Source: Camelus dromedarius | Lineage: Eukaryota | NCBI RefSeq assembly: GCF_036321535.1 | Contig: NC_087436.1 | Span: 12,152,001 to 12,216,000, forward strand | Length of the DNA stretch: 64,000 nt | Direction: 5' to 3' | In this document: piece after piece, positions 50,545-62,328 of the stretch | How positions within the stretch are numbered: position 1 is the stretch's first letter | How the letters are laid out: every line of letters begins with the position of its first letter | Made by a program: the position numbers and the translations under genes | Notes under the pieces: generated by a model | The model's database searches: none | What the model was told of the DNA's origin: nothing | Seen by the model: the letters and a program-made list of their open reading frames with translations, nothing else

Positions 50545-50705
50545 AAATTTGTAAGCTTTGATCCTTATTTTGAGGGATGTTAAAAATTACTATTGCCAGA
50601 CTCCAGATGCATTAAAGTAGAATCTCTGTAAATAGTGCTTGAACAGTCCTAGTTATCAAAAGCTCCCCTGGTGATTCTACCATGATGTCAATGTCAGAAT
50701 CATCC
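50545..50705. mobile_element. MER5A-like DNA transposon remnant
   Basis: agaatctctg...aaaagctcccctggtgattcta motif. Confidence 0.5.
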
Positions 50706-52271
50706 ATCTGTTTTTGTTTTTGTTTTTGTTTTTTTTGTTTTTTGGCAACATTTAGGAAGGAAACAAAAATGCTCTAGATTTTAGTGAAGTCATAGAGATA
50801 TTTGCCTTCAGAATTGGGAAAGAATCTTGGTCTCCTTTTAAACCAGTGCTTTTTCTACCCTCCCACACTGCTCTCCTTTGGTTACTCCTGATTGTGTTTT
50901 TCTTAATGAGGTTGTGGTCCCCAGAAACCTTGGGATAGACCTACCATGTGTAGTCAGCTCTTGTTTCGATGGATGAGTCTCAGAGGTATTGTACATCTGT
51001 ATTTTGTGAAGCACTGGGGAGTGAGTGAAGATGTTGGCCTAGCCCCTATTCCTGAATTGGACTGGCCAAGCTGTTCCCTAAATCTGTGGCCAGGAGAAAA
51101 TACAGTGTGTTTTTAGTTTGTGACTCTAAATTTTATGCTACATATTTATTATATTTGATTTTATTCAGTAATAATGTAATACATGTGTAATAGGCTAGTT
51201 TTAATTATGGGATATAATTAAAGTTTAAAGATGGTAGAATAAAAAACATATATTGTCATTAAAGATCATTTAAAGTAATTTTACATGTTTTATATTAATT
51301 CTTATGATTTTGTACCAATTTATAGACAATAATATGATTCATATACTATCTACAGTTCATTGGCTTTCTCAGTGTTCCAGAATTCTTTTAAATATGGAGT
51401 TATAATATTGTCATGCCATTAAAGCTAATTTCCAAATGAATGGCAATATGGGAAAATGTGTTTATAAACCTTTTATGATATATCCTTTGGAAAAATACAA
51501 TTTATTCTAGGTGTTCATCATCCTATCTCGCTGTGGTGGTATAATGTTATAGTCTCAAATGACATGTGGCCAAACATGGATGCAGTCGTGGTGCCTCTCG
51601 AAGGCCTTGTCTAAAACACTCACTCTGGGATACTACTGTGCTTCTTTACTTCCAGACTGACCACTGCTCTAAGCAGTGTTGGGGCAATGCCTGGGCTGCC
51701 CGAGCCCTTGAAGTTCAAGAAGAAGCACCTGGACTTCTCATGATGGGAGGTCAGTGTCAATGTAAGTGACTTCCTAATTGGGGCAGCTAAATTCCTTCAC
51801 TGATTGAGGTCTGTATGAAGTCAGCCATATAAAAGGTTATAGCCCGTGTGTGGTTAATGTCACCCCCAATCTTGCCATTGACCTCAAATAAATCTATGGA
51901 AATGTTTCTCAAGTATTAATACTTATGTATCTCTGGTGACAAGCATAGTACAAAGATATAAAATGTTCAATTTGTTGTTTTCCTAGGATTACTTTAAGGA
52001 AATTGGAGTTTGTTTGAATATTTTCATCAATAAAGTTTAGAGAAAACGTAGAAAGTCTAATTTAAAGTTTTCGTGAACTTTAAAGCTGAACATAAATGTA
52101 CTTAGAAATGCGTAAGTGGGCAAAGCTGCAGAATTTTTATATTTGAGAATAGTTTCAATTTTGCTATAATTTGAGCATTTTTGTTGAGCATTGTTGTTCA
52201 GTACAGATTTATTTCTTTTCAATGATGTTACTTCATGAATTGCCAACCATGTAGGAATTCCCAAAGAGAAC

Positions 52272-52314
52272 AACTCAGTAAATTGTATCAGAAAACTCAG
52301 TAAATTGTATCAGA
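52272..52314. repeat. Perfect 21-bp tandem duplication separated by one A
   Basis: AACTCAGTAAATTGTATCAGA at 52272-52292 and 52294-52314. Confidence 0.95.
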
Positions 52315-55300
52315 TGTGTGCAAATGGATAATACAAACAGTAGAAATAACGTTCCTTTGTGATAAATTACAGGGGACGAGGTTTGGATTTTTCCTTTAGG
52401 GCAAAACAGTGAAGTCATTATATTTGCTTTTATTAAGATAGAGTTTTGTTAACAACAGAGATTAAGAGGAGAAAGTGATGAAATAATAGAAAATATTATA
52501 ATACCATCAAGTTTGATTCTCATCGAATCCTGGGGATCTAAATCTCCTTTCAAATAGTTTTTTCTAACTATTTGTAAGTTATAAGGTTATGGTGTTTGCA
52601 GATCAGGAGAAGGTGATCTCTCTTGTACAGCTTAGTTCTCTTGAATAAAATTATAATACTTCATTATATAGAAGGGACAACAAAGTTCCACAGTAAGTAA
52701 AGATTCAAACTGGTTTCTGTTTTTCTATCTAATGGCATGTATCTAACTCTGGTAAACAAATTTTGAACTGATATCATATAAATTAATGTTTCACGTATTG
52801 GTATTTTCTTTAATTGAATCCAATCCATAACATATTAAAATGGTGAGAACTGGAAAGAGCATGGTATACAGAGCACGAAGCCCCCGGATATTGTAGGGTT
52901 CCCTGTAATCAACTTAATAGAGAGTCATTTAAGTTCTCTGAGCTTCAGATCTGATTCCTTGCGCTGTCTCCCCCACTAGGTTGTTGTGAGGACCAAATGA
53001 GATTAAATATGTAAAAGTACTTTGTTAACTGTAACAGACTGTAAAAAAATTGTTAACCTTTTGGGTGTAAGATTTAGAACAAAATATTTAAAATAATCTA
53101 GGTACTTTATCCAACAACTTTAGAGAAGGTTGTCTTCCTTACAAAACTTTTATTAAAAAAAATGAGTAAGAAACATAGGAATTAATATTATGTGGGCTGA
53201 AATACATAGAATAACAACACAATACTGAAATATTTATGAAAAGCAGCTTTAGTTGTGGCATATTGGCACATCCTGGAATCAGGCCGTCTTTGTCAGCCCT
53301 CCCTTCTGTCTCTCCCCTGCCTTCTCCCTAACTTTTCCATTTGCTCCCCTCTCTTTCTCCACTCTGTTTTCTCTTTCCTCCCCTACTCCCAAGGTTGGTA
53401 AGACTTTCCTGCTTGTCCCCTGACCTTAAGTGTTATGCCCTGTGGACCCTTTGTAGGTCTCACATCACATAGACATCCCGGCAGTTTCTGTAGAAAGCGT
53501 TTGGGCACCCTTCCCTTGGTGCTTTGAAGTAGGATAAGGTGAAGCTGTCAGCTGTGGACCAGAGAAAGAAGAGTAGTCTTTGGCCCTAGTGAGTGATAAA
53601 ACCGCAGGCAGTGCTGACAGGTGTGTACAACCGTGCTTCAACTGACACAGTTCCGTGGCTTGAAACTCTTTAGCTGTATCTGTCACTACCATTTACAATT
53701 AAAGAAAAAATTATTGAATCATACTACATGTTTAGAATGAAAACTCAAAGAAGGACAGAAACATAAAAGTAATGCACAAAAAGGAAAGTAAGCAGAGTTT
53801 GAGAAGAAATACATCGAAGCCTGAACAGTATAAACAGGATAGCAGTCAAAGATGAATTTTTTCATTGGAGATGAGTTCTGGAAGGCTGTCGATGAAAGGG
53901 AAAGACAGAGAACTCATTATACCAGGGTTGCTGTGGCTTGTCAGGGCTGATTTCAGGACAGCTTACTGGGGCTCTGGAACCGGGGGGACAGCGCACCCCA
54001 AGAACACTGGGAGGAAGAAACAAGTCAAAATGAATGAGTAACAGGAGGTGAGGAATTCATTTCTCTGGGCGTTCGTACTTTAAACATCATAAACTGTTCT
54101 GAAACTATCTAAACGTATTAGCGTCAAATACTTCTGTGATCTTCATTATTGGTTGTTTGTTTTTGAAGCCTGCAATTGAAAGAGCGATTTAAAAAGAGCA
54201 ATATTTGCATGAACACTGTTTACCATTCTGTAATTACCCTGAGGCAGAAAACTGGGGTTGCTTTTTCTTCGTTGCTCTTTTTCCCTTTCTTTTTTATAAT
54301 TACAGTTTTCCTTCCCTGCCTTTCCTCCCGTGTCTCTCTGCTTCCTCTCCTTCCTTGTTGTCAGGTCTCCCAGCCCGAGAGTTTAGAATGACTTCTTCAG
54401 ACTTAACAGGTGCTCATTAGACACTGGAACGTCTCAGAAGTGCTTCCCTCAAACGTATCAATACATAGGCACCAGCAACTCAAAGGAGGCTCATGTGCCA
54501 CACTGATTTTTCGATTTTTCCCTGTTGCATAAAAAGACCGATATTTACAAAGACAAAGAAGTTAAAAAAAAAAAAAAGAACATGACTTCCATAATTTGGA
54601 CTATTTGTTAGCAATGTCTTATGATTTTCAGAATTTATACGTGTGTATAAACCGAAAATTTAGGACTGTGATCTTTAGACAGAGCCTGCTTTTCTCGGAG
54701 GGTTAGGATCTGGTAGCCAGCAGATCTGAGTGTCAGCCTCTGGTCTCTTGAGATTCCTTCCTGTGCCTGGTTTTCTGCATTTGAGTGATTTTCGAGCTGC
54801 TGTATGTACCTCTGTCTCTCAGGTGGGGATGTCATTAACTTGTACTTGTCTTTGAATAAATTACAAAAAGGTGTGTTCTCTGAGCAGAATTGCAGTAAGC
54901 CACTTTCCCTTTCAAATGTGGCTTGGCACTGAGAGTGGACAACATTTGGGCCTCCGTGGGCCTAGGAACCGTTGCATATGTATAAATAGTACAATCACAT
55001 GCCGCAGGGCAATGGGAAAAAGCAGAAATTTTCTCTAAACATGATGATGCCTGATACATTATCAAGACCCAAAACATAGCAAAACCTTTTTTCACTCTCT
55101 AGTCAATAATCAGAAATCACAGACTTTTGGAATTAACAGATTATCAATATTTTATCTGTCACTTTTCAAACTTTTCAATAAAGTATTATATGAAGTACTT
55201 TAATTAGAGTCATATAATATTAATTACTAGAAAAGTCAATCTGAAATATGAGGATTGTTCCTATCTTATTTATTGAGGCTTTGGGGTAGGAAAATAATGC

Positions 55301-56888
55301 AATTTAAACGAAAGATTAAATTTTAAATATCATGGGCCAGAGAGTTGGTGATAGTAATTGTGATCTGCCAGCCCCAGTAGCATCCCAGATTCTCAGACAA
55401 CTTGAAAACCTATTGGTTGCAATAGAAGTAAAATAACAAATTGTGGCCCTGTGTGTGTCTGTAGATTTTTCTATCTACTTATCTTTTTTATCTGTGTCTA
55501 TTTAATTATTTTTTAACATATGAACTCAAGTTTTAAGACCTTATGGAGGAGATAGCATGCTGGATGGGAAAGGTTTCTGGTTAAAAACTTCAAACTTAAA
55601 GCTCTAATATTCCTTTGAAATGCATTTAAGAAATATGACTCTATTAAAACCCCAGAGAAAATGAAATTTGGAAATAATGTGATTGGCAGTTTGCTCTTAT
55701 CCTCTGGCTGAAGTTCTTAAGGGGGTAGAAAGACTACTGGGGAGGCTGAAGCAGGGAGGGAAATAGAGGCTCCTCTGTCTCAAGAAGCAGAAGGCAGAGG
55801 GAGAGTCTGAGTATCCTTGGGGCCCAATTTGCACAATCCTAGTGATGCAATCACCTGGTGTTTAGAGATTCCTACTGTTGTTCTGGACATCTCAGCTGGC
55901 ATTTGTGCCATGCATTGTCTTCGGTGATATTTACGCCAGAGTGGACAGCTGCTACCCAGGGGTGCCATGCCAGGGCTAAGAGCTGGAGGCCAGACCCCGG
56001 GCGCTCCCAGCCAGATCGCTGCACGGGCCAACTCGGCTGTTTCACTCTGTTGTTTGCTGCATTGGAACCTCATGGTTTGTACGCTTGAGCAACTGCAGTA
56101 TTGGACTGTGCTTATGAAGTCATCATAAGGTTTCATTGCCCGTAAGTCAGCATTGCACTGGATGAATGGAGAATTATGTTATTCTCTTTTTTAAAATCAA
56201 TCCCAGCTCTTTGATCAGAATAAACCTGAGTAGCTCTGGCCATTGACTATTCACGCTTGGTATTACAGCTTTGAAATGCGAATTTGATGTTATGCTGCTT
56301 ATTTAGACTCTAGAGCAGAAGTCTAACTACTGGAGCTACCTTTAAGAATTAAAACCATTAAAAAAGCAAGTATATTAAAAAATCTCAATCAGGAACTTTT
56401 GCTACCATAAGGAAGGCAGGTTTTTTGGAAAATATTTACTAAAATCAAGTGAAGGATATTGGCTTACTCTTTCACAAATTTCTATCTTCTTGGACTGTGT
56501 TTTGTAGGACCGTTGAATTTGTGATTTCTTATATTTGATACTGAGAAGGGACCGTTAATTAAATTTAAAGTAAAACTAAAATAAAAATCATTAAGATTGT
56601 CTCTAGAACATGCTCAGGGTGTTAGTCCCTTTAGGACTGGACGTTTTAGCTTGTTTTCATTTTCCTGCTCTAGCTGTTGTATTAGCAGCCATAGACAAAG
56701 TGACAACATCATTGTTTTTAATAAAATGGATTAATAAAAATGTAAGAGGATTAAGCATTTCAGAGTCTGGCTTCTGTGCTGAATGTAAGAGTACTGGTTT
56801 GAAGCCAGTGTACTATACATGCTAATCTGTTGGCACTTGCTTGAAATAATGTAGGAGGATTACCTCCTCTGAGACTGTTCACCTGGGG

Positions 56889-57104
56889 CAGTCATTCTCA
56901 ACCAAAGAGCAGCTTTGCCCCTAGGGAACATTTGGCAACATCTGGAAACATTTTTGATTGTCACAATCAGGGAGGCGGGTTGTTACAGGCGTCTAGTTAG
57001 AGGCCAGAAGTGCTGCTGTGTCCTGTGCTGCACGGGACAGCCCACAGCCCACAGCAGAAGTACCCAGTCCAAAATGTCAGGAGTGCCAAGACCGAGAAGC
57101 CCTG
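56889..57104 (+). mobile_element. MER20 (hAT-Charlie)
   Basis: cagtcattctcaacc...tttgcccctagggaacatttggcaacatctggaaacatttttgattgtcaca...gaggccag...ccaaaatgtcaggagtgccaagaccgagaagccctg; near full length. Confidence 0.9.
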
Positions 57105-57419
57105 GTCTAGGAGTAGTGACAGTTTGTCTTCTTCCTGATCTCTTTCCTTTTTCTTCTTTTTCCATTCTTCTTACTTAAATAGCTATATGGAGCTTGATGG
57201 AGAAGAGTAAGGGGCTGTCTGTTTTGTGCTAAATGCAATTTTTTTAAAGTTATGTTCTAAGGTATGGCTTGTACAGAGTGAAAGGTGGGTCAGGAGGCCT
57301 GCACTTGGCTGTATGACCTTGGACGTGTCGCTTACATGCTTTCATTTATTTACCTCTAAAAGTCAGAACCGAATGAGATCTAAGGTTTCTTCTAGCCCAA
57401 CAAAGTCAAAATAATTTAC

Positions 57420-57810
57420 TAAACCAATTATTCAACCTGACATGAGCACCTCCTCTGTGCTGTGAGTGATGCTAAGTGCTGTGAGTGAACTGCCACAGAA
57501 GACAGGAAATGTAGTTCCTGACTTCTAAATGCCTGTGATTTAACTGGGGAGATGGACATGTAAACAGAAGTGACCGGTGTGATAAGTGTTCTAATAAAAG
57601 TGCCATCAAAAGGTCTACAGAACAGGGAAGGACAGCCATTACCTGTGATAAGAGAGCAGACAGAAGGGAGAATCTGACATCACTGTTGTGGAGAGGAGGG
57701 ATTGACCAGAAGGGGAGGAAGGGCATCACAGACAAAAGGAACAGCACAGGCGAAAGCTTAGAGTTCTGAGGGCCCTGGTACATTAAGTAATGTTGAGAAG
57801 TTTCAGTGTG
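57420..57810 (-). mobile_element. L2 3' fragment
   Basis: attcaacctgacatgagcacctcctctgtgc...gtgctgtgagtgaac...tgggggagatggacatgtaaacag-like motifs. Confidence 0.65.
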
Positions 57811-58650
57811 GTGGGGACATCATCACTGAATAAAAATGCTCTTCTTGTGTTGCTTTAAAATGTCAAAAGTTTCCCCCCAGAATTTCAAAGCTGTGATAAG
57901 TAAATATTATCGCGTAGCCCTTTTGCACTGGAGCCATTGGTTCATGCCCAACGTGTGCATCACAAGCGCAGACAGCCTGGAGCACACTCTGAAGGTCCTG
58001 TCAGGTGCTTTCCCGCCTAATGTACTTGTCTTAACTTGTGCCTGATCTGCTGCTTCATTGTTAAAGCTGTGGCTTGTGGTGCAGAGAAGTCAGTAACAAC
58101 ATTCAGTTTGTTCAAAAAGTGCCTGACTTCCCCCCATCAAGTTCCCTCGAAATAATCTAGAATTTGAATAACCCCCTTGGGACAATGGACTTGGGTAAAT
58201 AAAACTGCTGATTTAATTCACAAGTGCAGGTGAACAAGGTGTAGTCTTATCCCATTCAGCCCCTCTAAAACAAGCAGACAGCATGATGACAGAAATGGTG
58301 CCAAGGCTTCTGGTACATGTGGACAACAGGCAACGCCAGTTTTTGGCTTGGTGACCAGTTGCTGGTCAACAGTGCTGAGCTAGTGGTCCTCAGCTCGGCC
58401 TAAGCCACCATCACACTCAATTTTCTTTTGCATCCGTGAGAATCAGTATCTTCCCTTAGAATCTGTCATAAAAGGAAATGAGAGTATTCTGGCAGAAATC
58501 AATCTTTTTATCAGCTGGAAAGAAGTAGACAAATTTTGCATCAGTTTCCCTTTAGCAAATCTGACTTTTTTCAGGAGAAGAGAGTTTAAGTGGAATAACT
58601 CCTTTTGCTGATTTTCTTTGGAACTATCCAGATATAAAAAGGCAGTTATG

Positions 58651-58764
58651 CCTTCAATGAAAAATAATTATGAAAAAAATATATGTATATATATGCATGG
58701 CTGGGACATTGTGCTGTACACCAGAAACTGACACATTGTAACTGACTGTATTTCAATCAGAAAG
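58651..58764 (+). mobile_element. Short 5'-truncated camelid-type L1 3' end
   Basis: gcatggctgggacattgtgctgtacaccagaaactgacacattgtaactgactg; TSD core GCAGTTATG at 58642-58650 and 58768-58776. Confidence 0.9.
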
Positions 58765-59539
58765 AAAGCAGTTATGTAGTAGACACCACAGTGATTTGAG
58801 AGTTCAGGAAATCTGTCTTCTCTTTCCAGCCAAGCAGCTGACTTTCTCTTACACCTAATTTCTTGATATCTGAACATCTCCTTCTAGAAATGAATCTAAT
58901 AGTACCTGCTATTCATGGCTCGCGGCTTATGAAGTATGGTCTGTATATTATTTGAGAAGAGAAAGGTTCTATAACACAGTTAAGTATTTTTCCACCCTTT
59001 GTATCAGTCAGTTCCCTGTTTGTATGATTAAATTCTATCTGCAGTCTGACATTTGGCAATCTTCTCCCTCTACCACTATCAAAAGGAGTGTAAAAATCAA
59101 GATTAGCTGCTCATTATGAATTTGCCACAACTTCACTTAACCTAATAAATATCCCAGTAAAGAGTCGACTTGGCTGAAATTGAATCAGTAAAGCTTTACT
59201 AATTTGGCCACTAAATTAAACCAGTACTTTTAAATCTATAAATGTTTAGAAATCAAGGCCTGGGTGCACTCTCCCAGGTTGAATCAATGGAGTTCAGCTG
59301 TCAGCCAGGTTGGTACGCGGAGAAGGAGGAGAAGTAAGAGTGTTCAAGGCCAGCATGTCCCCATTTGGTATGTAGACCAGCCGTCGTAGTTGCAGAGGAA
59401 CTATATTAAAGAATTAATGGGCAAGTCATCCTAAGTGTCACATAAGAGATTTAAAATGTTTTGAGTTCTTAAAGATGGTTTATTATGCCATAGGTGCATG
59501 CTCTTTTATGGTCTATTAGATTTTGTTTTCTGTGTAAAT

Positions 59540-59710
59540 AATTATCTGCTGCCTAAGAGACAGCCACACTCTTTCATTTACAGGTAGATTGTGGCTGCTT
59601 TTGCATGACAATGGCAGGTTAAGGAGTTGCAACAGAGAATTTATGGCCCACAAAGACTATAATAAAATATTTACTGTCTGGCTCTGTACAGAAAAAGTAT
59701 GCTGACCCTT
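59540..59710 (+). mobile_element. MER58-like hAT remnant
   Basis: gtggctgcttttgcatgacaatggcagg...gttgcaacagag...tggcccacaaag...aaaatatttactgtctggctctgtacagaaaaagtatgctgaccc. Confidence 0.8.
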
Positions 59711-61760
59711 GCTTTCAAGAAATACCTTTGGTAAACAAAAACTATACATAAATTCTCTCAGGGTCCTATTCACCTCGACAAATGAAATGATTCTCTTTTG
59801 GGTAGATGGTAAACCAGAATATTTTCTTTTTATCTTATCTGCTTTATAATACCTGAGAAGTTCTTTTAAAATGCAAACATTGAAGTAATGTGTGAAAGGA
59901 AATATGTTTATTATGATCTATAAGCACTCCAAAAGGAAGCATATGCAGTGAACTTAAATAATATGTTACCAGTTATATTAGGGGGCTGAAGAATTAACAA
60001 TTACAATAGCAAATGTTTATAAAGTGCTTATTCTGTGTTAGACATTGTTCTAAGTATTTTTAAATTTCTTTCTTCAGCAACTTTTTGAAATAAGATAATT
60101 ATCCTTATTTTATAAATGACATCTTTTAGTCATAAATAATTGAAGAATTTCACTTGTAAAAAAGTAATAAAATATAATTTATAATACATCTCATGGGTTT
60201 ATTGATACAAATGAGTTGTTATATTTCTTGAGACTGTAAAGCTAAGGATCTGACTGTATTCCATGACTCAAGTGTTAAGATCGACGGAGAATCGTTTTAA
60301 TAACGTAGGAGAGTTATCTTGAATTGTAACTTGGTAGTTTTCAGTTCTGAGCTTAATTTAATTTTTTTAATTTCTTCTAAACTTAATTTCACTTTTTACA
60401 CAGTTAGGGTTCTACTGGGTTTTTTTCCTCTTCCTCCAGCCTTAAGTCCTTCAAGTGAGCCTGTCTTGGAGATTGCAGTGACTGGCTTCGTGCTCTGCTC
60501 AGGGTAGTTCTTCACCCAGCAGTTCATTCTGAGATAACTACATTTAAAGAGGCAGTGGCCTGAGGCAAAGACAGGTTCTTAGCTGATGGCTGGGTAACTG
60601 ACGAGCAAAGGGTATGACCCCCTGTATGGCATTTAGCAGTAAAGCAGAAGCTAGGCTAAGCTGATCATTAAGCGTGTTGGAGGAGTGACTGTTACGAGTT
60701 TGAATGCAAGTTGAAGCACCGAATGGGACTTGACTTTGCGTGAAACTCAGACAGGGGTTGTACATTGTGGAATAGGTGAGATGTTTCCAGTCCAGTGTTT
60801 CATGCCACTTATCTTTGCCAACTCTGGCACTTATTTTGGGGAAGCACAAAGAATGAAATGAAACGCGACGAGAAGCAAAGGGAAAGAATGCCATCAGAGG
60901 CTTCTGAGATCAGAAACTTCCCTGCTTCGTCCGCGCTCGTGAGAGCCCCCCAACACACCCCTTTCCCTTGAACCCATCACACTGCTGTTTCAGCTATTTG
61001 GCATGTTGCCATATGCTTTTAACTCTGAAAATGTTATTTAACTTGTTCCTCTGGTCACCATCTCTTCTAGATTGTTTGTTTTTACTGGGAGACTCAGTTG
61101 AAATATTTTGTGGGTAGAAAGTGAGTATTCCTAACAGTATTCCTCATTCCTTATTCCTATCATCTTTATAAAATTCTATCTGTATAGCTGTTTACATCAA
61201 AATAAAGGGCAGATTCATAAACAGGGATAACTTATAAACCTTACCTCATCTGAGTCTGCAGTAACCATGCGTAACTCGGAAGATGGACCTCAGCCACCAG
61301 GCTCGACATGAAGACTGTGTAACTGGATTTTCTGAAAGTCTTAATTCAGATTCTCTCCTGTTTTTTAGAATTAATTTGTAATCTGTTGTTCTTTAACAGA
61401 TTTACTGGTCAGAAAAACATTTAAAAGCATGAAAACATCATAATAATCCTATAGTTAAATTATTTTGTTTATGTAATTTATAAATCAATTGTAATTTTAT
61501 ATTATTTATATAATTATTAAATTATTAATATATTAATCATTCATTTTAATACATTAAAATCAGTAATGTGTTCCTTGTTCGTTTGACTCCGTGAATAAAG
61601 CTGTCCGTTTTGTATGCATTGATTTGAAAATTTAAATTTCCTCTGAGAAAAGCTTTGTCATACTGTGGAATGAATTTTGACGTTGAACTGTTTGATATAT
61701 GGAAAAAATCTGTGAAAGCTACATTGTAAGTGTTGGTTAGATACTACTGCTGCTATCAGT

Positions 61761-62328
61761 TGTACCGCTGTTACCCTAAAAGGAGAAGGGAAAAGACCCC
61801 AGTTCCCATCATACCTGAAAGATAGGATTACAGATGGGAGATGGTGCGTAGTGTAGTGAAAGATTTTAAAGGTCTTATAATTAGCAAAGGGAAAGTACCC
61901 TTCCAAGAACGGGAGGCGGGCTGATCCAAGGGCGGATAGCAATGGTCTTTGTTTGCCCACTTCTCTTATACCCTCATTTAGAGGTGGTCTCTTGATTGAT
62001 TGACAGCTCTTGCCCCTGGAGTGCTTAGTCATGTTCATCCCATTTTGCACATGTCCGTACCCATGATGCACACAGGAAAACCCATGGGGGTTGGGGGGAG
62101 CTAAACTGCAGTGCTAATTATATTACAATGAGCCCTAGGGTGTGTCTGGTTAAGTTCTCGCTACTGCACAGTTGCAGCTGTTGGGTTCTAACGAGTTTCT
62201 TGCTGGCTCTCACTTAGAGAAGGTAAAGCCCCTTTATGCTGCAGGTGGGCATAACGCCATCTTCCGGACCCTCCTCCCTCTCCTCTACCTACCTGCCTGG
62301 TGCCCACATTTACTCTAACTACCTAACA
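61761..62328 (-). mobile_element. ERV1-class solo LTR (MER50-like start), antisense, 4-bp TSD
   Basis: Minus strand starts TGTTAGGTAGTTAG and ends in CA; CAGT duplicated at 61757-61760 and 62329-62332; TATA-like ggtataagag on the minus strand. Confidence 0.75.

Noticed and set aside
55733..55758. ctactggggaggctgaagcaggga resembling Alu/7SL
   Set aside because: Only about 24 nt with mismatches and no flanking 7SL or Alu sequence; probably chance.
61480..61560. AT-only quasi-palindromic stretch (also 9095-9140)
   Set aside because: Low-complexity AT DNA; self-complementarity is expected from composition.
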